Assembly (NCBI GenBank): GCA_946965045.2
Contig: OX337242.1
Span: 682,001-746,000, forward strand
Length of the DNA: 64,000 nt
Source: Epithemia pelagica
Lineage: Eukaryota; Protista; Bacillariophyta
Reading direction: 5' to 3'
The translations under genes were made by a program, and so were the position numbers. The number at the start of each line of letters is the position of its first letter. Within the stretch, counting starts at the first letter, position 1. Under the pieces are notes generated by a model that did not search any database, was not told where the DNA came from, and worked only from the letters and a program-made list of their open reading frames with translations. Positions 10,619-21,807 of the stretch are shown here, one piece after another.

Positions 10619-12040
10619 ATGCAACAATTTCAAGTCATTTGGTGGTTCATCAAGAATCTCAAGTGCTGCTGGTCGACACGCTTTCCTTTACTACATTCAA
10701 TTCTGGCTGTTACCCTGTGGATGACACCAAGCAAGGCCTTTTTGGCATCTGATCGACGACCCCCAACCTCTCGTGCCTTTATTCGAGGACATGTTCGGTC
10801 CTACACCTCTGCACTGGTGCTGGTGACCCAGCACCCTCATCCAAACGAGTGGACTCACACGCCAAGACATGAACAAAGTGCCTGCACGTTCCCCTTTTCA
10901 AGAGACTTCTTCATGGCTCGATCCATGAATGGCTTTACCATGCCTCATCCTCGACAGGTTGTGTCCCATTTGAGCCACCCCTTGGCCGCTGGAGCCGTTG
11001 CTGTCCAAACACTCTTTGCCCAGTCTGTCATGGATAAGCTAGGCGATGCCTGGAGCTGTGCCATGGATATTTTGTGTATGGTACCTCCTGATGCCGCCAT
11101 GTTTCCTCCTGGAGTCCCCGTGAATGAAGTCATGATGGAATCCAAACTGCTCAATGATTTGAGTCACTTTGCCTTGGATGTTGTGGCTCCGTTTTGTATG
11201 GCGCTGTCCGAGTCTGCCACGATGGAATTTCGAGGATGGACCGTCGTGGGTCAATTGTTCGCCACGGGGGCCTTTCAAGTGCAAAATGTCGCTGTCACAG
11301 CACCCGAACAATGGGTCATTCAACTCGTGGCGCTCTACGTGGCATATTCAAGCCTCTTCAAACACGTATCGCACATGGCGGCCAGTCACTTCTTTTCTCA
11401 GGGTTGCACCGTGTCCACTTCGGCCAAGAATTATCGAGCCTTTACATTACTGTTTGAACCCTGTGGCATGAGTATGCACCAGTACAATACGCTCTCCTCC
11501 TTTGCAATGGATTGGGTTTCTTTGGAAGAAGGCCAAGTCATTGAAACATCGCCCGAGTCACTCTTTTGGTTGTACAAGGGAAGTGTCCAAGTACACAATC
11601 AACTGTCCAAGTCGTCGTACAATGTGAAATCCAACGCCATTACACGAAAGTGGACGGGCAATGATTTGCACGCTGGACTGTTGGGTGATTTGGACATGTT
11701 GCGAGAATTGGACTTGCCCTCCTCATCGTCCTCTCCTTCCCCGCTCGATGGAACCATGACGGAGTTGGTCGTGTCAGGAATTTTGAATCGATTGAGTTTT
11801 CTGGGATGTATACAGTCGGAGGATCAAGAATGTATGTTGTTTCATGACGACAGTAATGCCTCCATGGGTGAAACGTGGACTGTGGGTCCGGGTGGGGCCA
11901 CGGTTCTACGGCTCGACACACAAGCGGCTCTTTCCTTACTAAAGGACTATGACGAGTCTCTAGAAAAGCCTCTTCGCAGTATCCTCATGAAAGGAATTCA
12001 GTCCAAGCTGGGACGTGCCTTTGCCCAAGCTTCTTTGTAA
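10619..12040 (+). CDS. Popeye-like/cNMP-binding-fold protein with plastid-type presequence, copy 1
   Basis: 473-aa ORF with leader ...LAVTLWMTPSKA|F. A hydrophobic segment WVIQLVALYVAYSSL is followed by YRAFTLLFEPCGMSMHQY and LFWLYKGSVQV, which resemble the Popeye domain. Domain call is by eye. Confidence 0.65.
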   Translation: MQQFQVIWWFIKNLKCCWSTRFPLLHSILAVTLWMTPSKAFLASDRRPPTSRAFIRGHVRSYTSALVLVTQHPHPNEWTHTPRHEQSACTFPFSRDFFMARSMNGFTMPHPRQVVSHLSHPLAAGAVAVQTLFAQSVMDKLGDAWSCAMDILCMVPPDAAMFPPGVPVNEVMMESKLLNDLSHFALDVVAPFCMALSESATMEFRGWTVVGQLFATGAFQVQNVAVTAPEQWVIQLVALYVAYSSLFKHVSHMAASHFFSQGCTVSTSAKNYRAFTLLFEPCGMSMHQYNTLSSFAMDWVSLEEGQVIETSPESLFWLYKGSVQVHNQLSKSSYNVKSNAITRKWTGNDLHAGLLGDLDMLRELDLPSSSSSPSPLDGTMTELVVSGILNRLSFLGCIQSEDQECMLFHDDSNASMGETWTVGPGGATVLRLDTQAALSLLKDYDESLEKPLRSILMKGIQSKLGRAFAQASL

Positions 12041-12180
12041 ATTGTCCATCGTTTGTGTGTTTCCTTTTTTGGGTTTTGTTTTCGTATGTTTGCAAATTAT
12101 AGAAAATAAAAATACTCTGAATAGATCCTACTCTACCGAAAATTACATGTACATCTCCTTTCCAATCTCATTTTTGCGCA

Positions 12181-12810
12181 ATACTGGGCCATCATGTCCC
12201 GAAGCTCTTGTTCTTCTACGGCCATGCCGGGTGTACATTTGCGTTGCAGGTCCAGGCTCGTACATCCACAAGTGCATGAGTTCGTCCACGACCGATGGTT
12301 CCATCATGCTACTACTACCACTGTCTTGTTCATACGACGACAAGTCGTCTTCGTCCTCGTCGACATGATCGGTTTCCAGGACGGTATCGACCGCAAGCTG
12401 ACGCAAGAGATCCATTTCGAGTTGCCGACGACGACGTCCAGCACTTGTCATGAGAGTCACGGGGACAGTTTGGTGGTCGTCGTCGAGTCGGTTTTTGTGG
12501 ACGTCATGGGTGGAAGCGACAAGATTTTCCAGTGTATTCCGGGCCTGATCCATATCTGGATTCGGAATATCACGGTTTTTCTTGTTTCTCTGACTATCAC
12601 CGAGGTTGGTTTGTCCGGGCTTGTCAATGGTCGAGAAAAGTCTCGATGTTGTTGTCCTCGTCGTCGCGACCCCTTGTTGTCTTGTCGTCGTCGTCTTGGA
12701 CGTTCCGAACGATTGCACCCATGCTGCTTCGCAAACAGAACCGGATGTCCCTAACAACACAACAAGAAAGAGACAAGTAGAAGAAGACAAGGTCAAAGGA
12801 AGAGGAACAT
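12181..12810 (-). pseudogene. TPR-like pseudogene, copy 2
   Basis: ATG at 12810 reads MFLFL-stop (frameshift relative to copy 1). There is an internal deletion near 12250, and the 3' half is lost at the duplication junction. Confidence 0.9.
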
Positions 12811-13208
12811 GGTCAGGCACACACTCTTGTTGTTTGGCAGGTAAGGTATTCGTATTTCGAATCTCGTTTCCCTCGTCTCTCGTCATTTTGTGTTTGGTTT
12901 GTGAGATGGATTTGTTCTTTGGCAGTGATTCAATCACCGAAGACGCACGAAAGACCATGGAGCATGGAGACAGATTGCATGGAAGTCGTTGCAGATGTTG
13001 TTGTCGACAGACACGGAATCTTCTGAAATGAAGCAAACGCTAACGGAGAGAGACCCCATCGCGCCCATCCGGGCATGCCGGCTGGCGCGATTGGGAGAAC
13101 AGGAAACGGCCACATTTTGGTGCATTATCTGCTGCATCACCACAAACAACGAGCCGGAAATGGAATGCTTGGGTGGTCTTGCTGGAATCCTCAAACAGTA
13201 CTAATAGT

Positions 13209-15353
13209 ATGGGAATATCCGGACTCTTGCAAGGGTTAAGCCCTTTTTCAGGAACTCGAAATAATGTTCGAGACTTTTCCAATCAAGCTCTCGCCTCTGA
13301 CGCGTCTTTCTGGCTCGTCTCTTTGTCCAAGCCTGTGTCCTGTCCAACTAGCGGGCGTCGGTCTGGTCAATGCCTTTAAGCTCTTCGATCGAAAAAGACA
13401 CCGCAATCCCAATCGACGCTTTTCCTACGCCTTGCAGCAGCACCACCAGAATACCAAACAAAAATCCTCCTCCTCACGTCGCAATCATCCCACGACCAAC
13501 CATTCCAGGGACCACCTCCTCACGTATGAACGTGTCTTGTCGCAGGCCGAAGCGGTCTTTTATCATCATCCCGTGTACAAAGACGAGCTCCGCCACGTAG
13601 CGTACCTCAACAGTATCGACCAAGATGGTACTGGTGGTACGGCTGCCATGGGACCTACACGTCGTCCTACGACTTCTGCTGCTGTTGCATCCAAACCAAA
13701 AAATCCCCATTCCTTTTTTGTCTTAGCAGCACCGACTGCCACATTACACAACCACAGCGACAAGAACAACACGCACAAGAAGCCCCGTCCCCCGGTTGAG
13801 GAGGTTGTCGTCGTTGTCACAGAAGTCGGAAACGCAAACGCACCATCAAACAGCAAGCTCCCACAGTCCAGCGACCACTCGTCCAAACCAAAAATCCCTA
13901 TCGAAAGAACCAACGAGATTGCGAACTTGTATCAGACTCACCGAGGCGACAAGAGTCGTTAATTCGGCCCAGATCGTTTCACAACCATTCGAACAATCCT
14001 TTTGAACAACATCGTCATCCGTACAACGATAACGACGATGACGAGAAGGAAAATCGACCACCCGTGGGCATTGTGATGGAATCCAAACCAAAAGACCAAC
14101 CCGGCAAGAATCCCCAAAAGATTGCTCGCCATTTCGGGGATGTTCGATTTGTCAAACCCAAGTTTGACCGAGACGGAAAGTTGATGTATCCACCAAAAGT
14201 CTTGGAGGCGAAGCGTGCCTTTGAGGCAGCACGAAGGCAGCCACGAGAAATGACTGCTGGTGGCACCCTTTCAGGTTCACAACTGGATACACGACTTTTG
14301 ACACGTGTCCAAAACGCTCCCATTTCGGCAGGCTCCATAGTTGGGGAACCAAACCACGGGTACAAGCCAAACGCTCTTGGCAATGATTGCTCCAACGACG
14401 TGCCAGAGTTGCGAAATGATCAGGATTGTTTTCAAAATGAATTTGAACGAACGAGTGATACGGTCGTCAATAGTTTCGTCGCCGGTAGCGACCCGTACAC
14501 TGGTTGGAACGCTGCACCACAGGACGGGGAGGATCCAAGCGACATGCTCCATGATGCAGAACAGAATGTCGTCGTTGAAGTCCTTCCATTTCCCCCTGTT
14601 TCCAGTGGCGGCGGCTCGCCAACCATGAATCAACCTCCAGAGTGGATGGAACCGAATGAGCAATCCGCTGTAATACCAACAACAGGCATGACTTGCCCTT
14701 CCCGTGGTGGCTCCCCCATCATGAATCTACCTCCTGGGTTAATGGAACCCAATGATGAGCCGTTTCAAGAAAATCCGGGTTGCGATCATGGATCGCCACT
14801 TTCTGAAGTTGCAGAAGGCCTACATGAACATGATGTGTCCACGTTGAGCAAGTATTTCTCCACGGGCCGAAACGAAAACAGAGTAGTGGCTCGGAGGGTC
14901 ACGCTCGAAGAGTCACACAAGCCGTACCATGAGTCGCAACGGCTCGACGAACTTGGCGGTATTCAACGCGACCAACCTTTTGATATGTATGATGATTTCT
15001 TTTCACCCAGAAAGAAAGACGGTGGTGAATGTTTCAATCACCTGGAGAAGCAAATTAGTGTGGAGGAAATCGAAGATGATAGTCCTGAGCGGACCGCATT
15101 ACAGGTTCCTCCGTCCTCCTTTGATATTGAGCCTCCAAAGCCCCAGAGTCGTATAGGGCCGGCAAAGACGGCTCGAGTTCGATTTGAAGCTGGGGGCGCT
15201 CGATCTCGTGGTGGTAGACCTCTTTCCCGACAAACAAGAACTACTGTATCATCCTCATTGCTTCCAAAGAACGCACTTTCGCTTTCACGACAACGCAAGT
15301 CGGCACCAAAACAACTCAACACGCTCTTTTTATATTTAACTCCCGCCAAATAA
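13209..15353 (+). pseudogene. EXO1: EXO1 pseudogene, copy 2 (nuclease core deleted)
   Basis: A ~715-bp deletion (copy-1 ~6330-7045) removes most catalytic motifs, a further small deletion removes GCDY, and there are frameshifts. Only the C-terminal ORF 14064..15353 is open. Confidence 0.92.
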
Positions 15354-15680
15354 GATTTTGAAACGATATCGAGTACTGGATTTCATATTTTTATTGCATT
15401 ATCCTCCGGAGGAGGTAGCACATTAATTTATGAAAGCGGAATGCCATGGCAACATGGCACCAAGTACTCATACCGACCTGTATAGGTGAGTAAAAGGAAC
15501 CCAGGGAAGCGGAGATGAACTGACGTGTTGTCTTTCAAGATTCTCCAGGATGTTGGATAGAGAGTGGACTTACTCTCGACTGGGTATGAGTGTCCCCATC
15601 CCATCTACTCATTGCCTAGGTAGAGGTAGTAGGTAGGTAGATTCGCGTTAGGGTCAAACATCTGCTCTAGAACGACTGAT

Positions 15681-17504
15681 TACCCCCAAGCAGGGGTGAG
15701 TCCAGTCCCGCGTGTCTGAAAGCACGATGTGCATTCTCCTTCTCACCCCCTTGGCTCGACCTGGCCGCTCTCGACATTGATACAAATTTCATTCTACCTC
15801 CACACATCCATCACGGTGGTGGAGGTGCAGTGGTATCCAAATGACCAACAGCATGTCTTCTTCTTCCCACAAACGTTGCAAGCTTTCTCAGAAGCAAGTC
15901 CGAGCAGCCTATGAACCTCAAGTTGCATCAAGACAGTCCGTGGCATCTGCAAGAGAAGGTTCTGATGCAGGCATCGCCAAAACAAACAACACTCCTGCAT
16001 CCAAGGCCCGTTCCTCCTCAACCTCTGGCATTGCATCCTTTCGTCCTCCTCCCTCCGTTACTGTTGGTGGTATTGAGGCCATAAGTGCCAACGTCCCATA
16101 TGAAACTCCTTTGGCAAACCGACAGGCACAAAAACAACAATCAAGCACTCTTGTCACGTCAGAAGCATCAACTCTTCCATCCGATCGAAGCCCCCTCGTC
16201 GCCAGTGACGACGACCAAGACAAACCAACCGAGTACGCCCGTGACTTGTCGTCGTCCTCACCTCAAAGTGTCTTGTGTCGTGGATTGTACCGATTCGTCG
16301 TGCGAGAAATCAAGCAAACTGTCCCTTTTGTCATTGCAGTGGTAGAGGAGTTGCCAGAGGAATTGCCAGACTCTTTGGATAGCACTGATGACAAGGATGG
16401 AAGCCTTGTCCGAGTATGTCGATCAACAATAAGCCGTGGTCAACGAGCGACAACAAACCATGTCCCCTTGGGAACGATCGCTCACGGAAGGAGGCAACGG
16501 GCAGCAACAATGTCAATATTCAACAAGAAGGGGCTGAAGAAACGGCTGCCCTCCTTCAAGTCTTTCAGGGCTATGTGGTGGATGAATTTTCCATGGTACC
16601 AGCAAATGAACGATTGTTTGCCTTGGCCTATTTTGACCGATCAAACAGATGAAATGCAACGCGATGTGCAAGTGGGACGACCGCATCTGCCACCGAAATC
16701 TGTCTTTGGGAAGGGAACGGAGGTCGAATACTTTTGGAACGAAGAGAAGAGTATGAATAGTGTCAAGGCGTGGTGGTGGAAGATCCCGAATTGGTGGTGG
16801 GCGATCGAAACGGAGAAGAATTTTTGCGTATGACAGTGACCTTTGAGGATGATGGTTTGACGCACAAAATACTCTTTCGACCGGAAGAAAAGGCACAATG
16901 GAGACCCACTCGAGGGCGTTCGTACGAATCATAGAAAGCTAATGGTATACCATCAAAATTATCATTGATTCATTGTTTCGCACAATGCCATTCGTATACG
17001 ACGAGAGATTCATTTCGAACAAACACATCTTCTGGACTGGCCATGGCTCCTACAGTTTTGAATCATTGCCTTGGGAACAACAACACTTACTATATTACTA
17101 ACTCATTCCGATTGGTGGCGAGAAGGATACGACGGAAAGGATGTAAGATTGCCGTTTACGGAAGAGGGCGATGGATCTTCACTTTCGTTGTTGTTGCGAA
17201 ATGGGGTGTTTTCCTGGTTGTCCATGCTTGTGGATGGACAATTGAATGCAACACCAAGTATGCAGAAGTGTCGTTGGTAGTATGGTAAAGCTTAGAGGGG
17301 CTTGGGTGTGGTTGGAAAACCTTCAAGGCGGATGAAATCGACCTCACTTGTTTGGCACCGTGGTGGATGCGTTGAGGTGAAATGCAATTTGTATCAATGT
17401 CGTAAAATCGCCAATTTTGGGTGGTCGAGCCAAGGGGGTGAGTAAGAGAATGTACCTTTAGGTACGACTTATGTGCGACCTGGACTCACCCCTGCTTGGG
17501 GGTA
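15681..17504. mobile_element. Non-autonomous DNA transposon, 1824 bp, perfect 25-bp TIRs, 10-bp TSD (8-bp alternative)
   Basis: TIR TACCCCCAAGCAGGGGTGAGTCCAG at 15681-15705 and its reverse complement at 17480-17504. AACGACTGAT is duplicated at 15671-15680 and 17505-17514. The empty site is present once in copy 1 at 9658-9667. Confidence 0.95.
15841..16934 (+). pseudogene. Decayed ORF inside the TIR element, with a possible Tudor/SH3-like beta-barrel C-terminus; no DDE transposase recognised
   Basis: 330-aa track ORF 15841..16833. The C-terminus reads better after a frame change: GTEVEYFWNE / EYE*CQGVVVEDPELVVGD...MTVTFEDDG, with TAG at 16758-16760 and the end at 16934. Confidence 0.5.
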
Positions 17505-17601
17505 AACGACTGATGTTGTGTTGTAGCAAGATTCTCCATGAGGTTTGATGACAGTGTAGCTGTAGAATGTAGATAGATAATGGATTGGACAGAATTAGAA
17601 A

Positions 17602-18763
17602 CCCTCCGACTAGGTGTCCGCTTCTTAGCCCCCCAGCCGCTCTCCGCGACCAACCATTTTAATTTTGGTTTTTTTGCGTTTTTGAAGAAAATTTCGGGTC
17701 AAAATGAAAATGATCACGCCGGCCTTCTGGATCACCGTTTTGAAATTTTGTGAGCAGGCGTGCGCACTTTGACCGTTGGTCTTCCCCATTCTTGATTGTC
17801 GTCCCAAGTTGCGACCCACATTATTTTCACTACGCACCTTTTGACATGGATAATGGACATGCACCATCACAATGCATTCTCTATCATCTGCACACCATGG
17901 ACATTTGACATATAGACCATAGATAGTGTTTTGCTCTACCCCATCCTTTCTTTGTTTTTTCTAGGAGAAGTGTGGTTGTTTCTAGTGTTTGTGTCCGTTT
18001 AAAAGTGGACCCTCCTCCACAACACCGTGCCGTTGCCGTAGGCTTGTCTCTTTGCAACCACATACAGTCCTATTTTAGAATACGTCTCTTTCTAGTTGCG
18101 TTATGGAGCATATAGAGTGTAGAGTCCCCTGCACTGCTGGGAAAGACAAGTCATGCTCATGGTAACAAAAGAAGAACAACAGGAGCAGGTCGACATCACA
18201 ATCCACTAAAGACCCAAACTGAGCGACAGCAGAGGAAAAATGGATGGCTTCCTCCACTTATCCTACCTACTCCTAATTGAGGTCTATAGCTCTATTTTGT
18301 CCTATAAGAATCCTACAAATGATGCCAGCAGCCCCACATGGCATCGACCAAAATGGATGTTACATGGCACAAACAAATGACACACTATGGCAACTGGCAA
18401 CGTAGTGAGAGCCTACAACTAAACATTGTCCATTCCAATGCAAGTATTAGCCATTCCAGAACTTACCATGATGGATGTGCAGTGACAAAGATGAGATGAG
18501 ATGGCCAGGGACGAAGCATGCCGTTTTTGATGTTGGTTTGGTCATTGCCTCGTTTTGTTGCCTGCATCGATTTTGTGACCCGTGATCTCACTGAGAACAC
18601 TATTTTGAGTCTTGTTGAGCAGAACGCCTGCCATCTTCCAGCTGTCACATCACGCCAGCCTTTCCACCGATGGATGTGAAATTTCCATTCATTTTTTTGT
18701 CTGTGAGATTGGGTTTGTCTTGCCCGAACAGACGAGCTAAGAAGCGGACATCTAGTCGGAGGG
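17602..18763. mobile_element. Non-autonomous TIR element, 1162 bp, 28-bp TIRs starting CCCT, no TSD
   Basis: CCCTCCGACTAGGTGTCCGCTTCTTAGC at 17602-17629 and its inverted copy at 18736-18763 (1 mismatch). Absent from copy 1, where TGCTAA (9755-9760) occupies the site. No long ORF. Confidence 0.88.
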
Positions 18764-19246
18764 ATAGTCGTATTGCAATGTCATATACTTTGCCGTGAAC
18801 CAAGACTAAAATGAAAATAATCTCTACATTTACGTTTACGAGTAGCGGGTAAGTAGTATTGTGCCCACAATTCGTTGCTGGTTGGGTTCATTAAGTAGTA
18901 GTGTACTGGGATCAAAAGTTTTCCCGAAAGTCTCTCAAATAGCTTCCCTATAACTCCGAACGTCTCTCAAAAAGCTATCCGAAAGTCTTTCATTTGACTT
19001 TTTCAGGCCTTCATAGCCAAATGAGAGACATTCGGGGAGACTTTTGTTTTTAGGGATAGGGTTAAACTTGGGAATGCGGCTGAAGTGGCACTGACAAGAC
19101 AACTAGGGTCATTTTCCTTAAGAAGAGTCAATATGGAAGAGAAATGGAGACATCGACGGTCAATGGATGGTCTGTCCGAATGTCAGTCTAATTTTTGAAA
19201 GTTTCTCCGAACGTCTGTCATGAAAGTCCCTCATTTCACTCCTCTC

Positions 19247-19456
19247 CAAACCTAGCATCCAGTTTCTAGTCAACCGTGAAGTCGCTTCAACAAATGGGTC
19301 AAGAAGGAAGAGTAGAGGGGCAAACGCTAATCATGCAAACCTAGCATCCAGTTTCTAGTCAAGCGTGAAGTCGCTTCAACAAATGGGTCAAGAAGGAATA
19401 GTAGAGGGGCAAACGCTAATCATGCAAACTCAGCATCCAGTTCCTAGTCAACCGTG
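19247..19456. repeat. 89-bp tandem repeat, ~2.4 copies (paralog of 10244-10453)
   Basis: Same unit as in copy 1, offset 9003 bp. Confidence 0.9.
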
Positions 19457-19621
19457 GAGCGCCAGTTTTGGCATTGTGCTGGCTTCTACCAAGAACATTG
19501 CTTGGTTGACTGCATAGAGCATAGAACAAACAAAGATGCAACTTTATGTTCTCATTTCTTTTCAATCTTTTCAACAGAGCCTCTCGGCATTCACATTCAA
19601 CGGATGTAATACGGTTCGACC

Positions 19622-21037
19622 ATGCAACAATTTCAAGTCATTTGGTGGTTCATCAAGAATCTCAAGTGCTGCTGGTCGACACGCTTTCCTTTACTACATT
19701 CAATTCTGGCTGTTACCCTGTGGATGACACCAAGCAAGGCCTTTTTGGCATCTGATCGACGACACCCAACCTTTCGTGCCTTTATTCCAGGACATGTACG
19801 GTCCTACACCTCTGCACTGGTGACCCAGCACCCTCATCCAAACGAGTGGACTCACACGCCAAGACATGAGGACAGTGCTTGGACGGTACCCTTTTCAAGA
19901 GACTTCTTCATGGCTCGATCCATGAATGGCCTTACCATGCCTCATCCTCGACAGGTTGTGTCCCATTTGAGCCACCCCTTGGCCGCTGGAGCCGTTGCTG
20001 TCCAAACACTCTTTGCCCAGTCTGTCATGGATAAGCTAGGCGATGCCTGGAGCTGTGCCATGGATATTTTGTGTATGGTACCTCCTGATGCCGCCATGTT
20101 TCCTCCTGGAGTCCCCGTGAATGAAGTCATGATGGAATCCAAACTGCTCAATGATTTGAGTCACTTTGCCTTGGATGTTGTGGCTCCGTTTTGTATGGCG
20201 CTGTCCGAGTCTGCAACGATGGAATTTCGAGGATGGATCGTCGTGGGTCAATTGTTCGCCACGGGGGCCTTTCAAGTGCAAAATGTCGCTGCCACAGCAC
20301 CTGAACAATGGGTCATTCAACTCGTGGCGCTCTACGTGGCATATTCAAGCCTCTTCAAACACGTATCGCACATGGCGGCCAGTCACTTCTTTTCTCAGGG
20401 TTGCACCGTGTCCACTTCGGCCAAGAATTATCGAGCTTTTAAATTACTGTTTGAACCCTGTGGCATGAGTATGCACCAGTACAATACGCTCTCCTCCTTT
20501 GCAATGGATTGGGTTTCTTTGGAAGAAGGCCAAGTCATTGAAACATCGCCCGAGTCGCTCTTCTGGTTGTACAAGGGAAGTGTCCAAGTACACAATCAAC
20601 TGTCCAAGTCGTCGTACAATGTGAAATCCAACGCCATTACACGAAAGTGGACGGGCAATGATTTGCACGCTGGACTGTTGGGAGATTTGGACATGTTGCG
20701 AGAATTGGACTTGCCCTCCTCATCGTCCTCTCATTCCCTGCTCGATGGAACCATGACGGAGTCGCTCGTGTCAGGAATTTTGAATCGATTGAGTTTTCTG
20801 GGATGTATACAGTCGGAGGATCAAGAATGTATGTTGTTTCATGACGACAGTAATGCCTCCATGGGTGAAACGTGGACTGTGGGTCCGGGTGGGGCCACGG
20901 TTCTACGGCTCGACACACAAGCGGCTCTTTCCTTACTAAAGGACTATGACGAGTCTCTAGAAAAGCCTCTTCGCAGTATCCTCATGAAAGGAATTCAGTC
21001 CAAGCTGGGACGTGCCTTTGCCCAAGCTTCTTTGTAA
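19622..21037 (+). CDS. Popeye-like/cNMP-binding-fold protein, copy 2 (mosaic)
   Basis: Intact 471-aa ORF, near-identical to copies 1 and 3. Confidence 0.65.
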   Translation: MQQFQVIWWFIKNLKCCWSTRFPLLHSILAVTLWMTPSKAFLASDRRHPTFRAFIPGHVRSYTSALVTQHPHPNEWTHTPRHEDSAWTVPFSRDFFMARSMNGLTMPHPRQVVSHLSHPLAAGAVAVQTLFAQSVMDKLGDAWSCAMDILCMVPPDAAMFPPGVPVNEVMMESKLLNDLSHFALDVVAPFCMALSESATMEFRGWIVVGQLFATGAFQVQNVAATAPEQWVIQLVALYVAYSSLFKHVSHMAASHFFSQGCTVSTSAKNYRAFKLLFEPCGMSMHQYNTLSSFAMDWVSLEEGQVIETSPESLFWLYKGSVQVHNQLSKSSYNVKSNAITRKWTGNDLHAGLLGDLDMLRELDLPSSSSSHSLLDGTMTESLVSGILNRLSFLGCIQSEDQECMLFHDDSNASMGETWTVGPGGATVLRLDTQAALSLLKDYDESLEKPLRSILMKGIQSKLGRAFAQASL

Positions 21038-21177
21038 ATTGTCCATCGTTTGTGTGTTTCCTTTTTTGGGTTTTGTTTTCGTATGTTTGCAAATTATAGA
21101 AAATAAAAATACTCTGAATAGATCCTACTCTACCGAAAATTACATGTACATCTCCTTTCCAATCTCATTTTTGCGCA

Positions 21178-21807
21178 ATACTGGGCCATCATGTCCCGAA
21201 GCTCTTGTTCTTCTACGGCCATGCCGGGTGTACATTTGCGTTGCAGGTCCAGGCTCGTACATCCACAAGTGCATGAGTTCGTCCACGACCGATGGTTCCA
21301 TCATGCTACTACTACCACTGTCTTGTTCATACGACGACAAGTCGTCTTCGTCCTCGTCGACATGATCGGTTTCCAGGACGGTATCGACCGCAAGCTGACG
21401 CAAGAGATCCATTTCGAGTTGCCGACGACGACGTCCAGCACTTGTCATGAGAGTCACGGGGACAGTTTGGTGGTCGTCGTCGAGTCGGTTTTTGTGGACG
21501 TCATGGGTGGAAGCGACAAGATTTTCCAGTGTATTCCGGGCCTGATCCATATCTGGATTCGGAATATCACGGTTTTTCTTGTTTCTCTGACTATCACCGA
21601 GGTTGGTTTGTCCGGGCTTGTCAATGGTCGAGAAAAGTCTCGATGTTGTTGTCCTCGTCGTCGCGACCCCTTGTTGTCTTGTCGTCGTCGTCTTGGACGT
21701 TCCGAACGATTGCACCCATGCTGCTTCGCAAACAGAACCGGATGTCCCTAACAACACAACAAGAAAGAGACAAGTAGAAGAAGACAAGGTCAAAGGAAGA
21801 GGAACAT
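21178..21807 (-). pseudogene. TPR-like pseudogene, copy 3
   Basis: Same lesions as copy 2. Track ORF 21140..22033 is identical to 12143..13036. Confidence 0.9.

Larger units (their letters stand above)
5178..12180. repeat. Tandem segmental duplication, unit 1 (TPR-like 5' part, EXO1, spacer, Popeye-like gene)
   Basis: Collinear high identity with 12181-21177 and 21178-~27290. Identical track ORFs recur, e.g. 10533..10724 = 19536..19727 and 7804..8001 = 23013..23210. Confidence 0.95.
12181..21177. repeat. Tandem segmental duplication, unit 2 (hybrid copy, expanded by two TIR insertions)
   Basis: Junction at ~12181 (ATACTGG) joins the 3' flank of the Popeye-like gene to the middle of the TPR-like gene. 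The same junction recurs 8997 bp later at 21178. Confidence 0.95.

Noticed and set aside
15841-16833. Calling the TE-internal ORF a transposase
   Set aside because: No DDE/DDD catalytic pattern or recognisable transposase motif.
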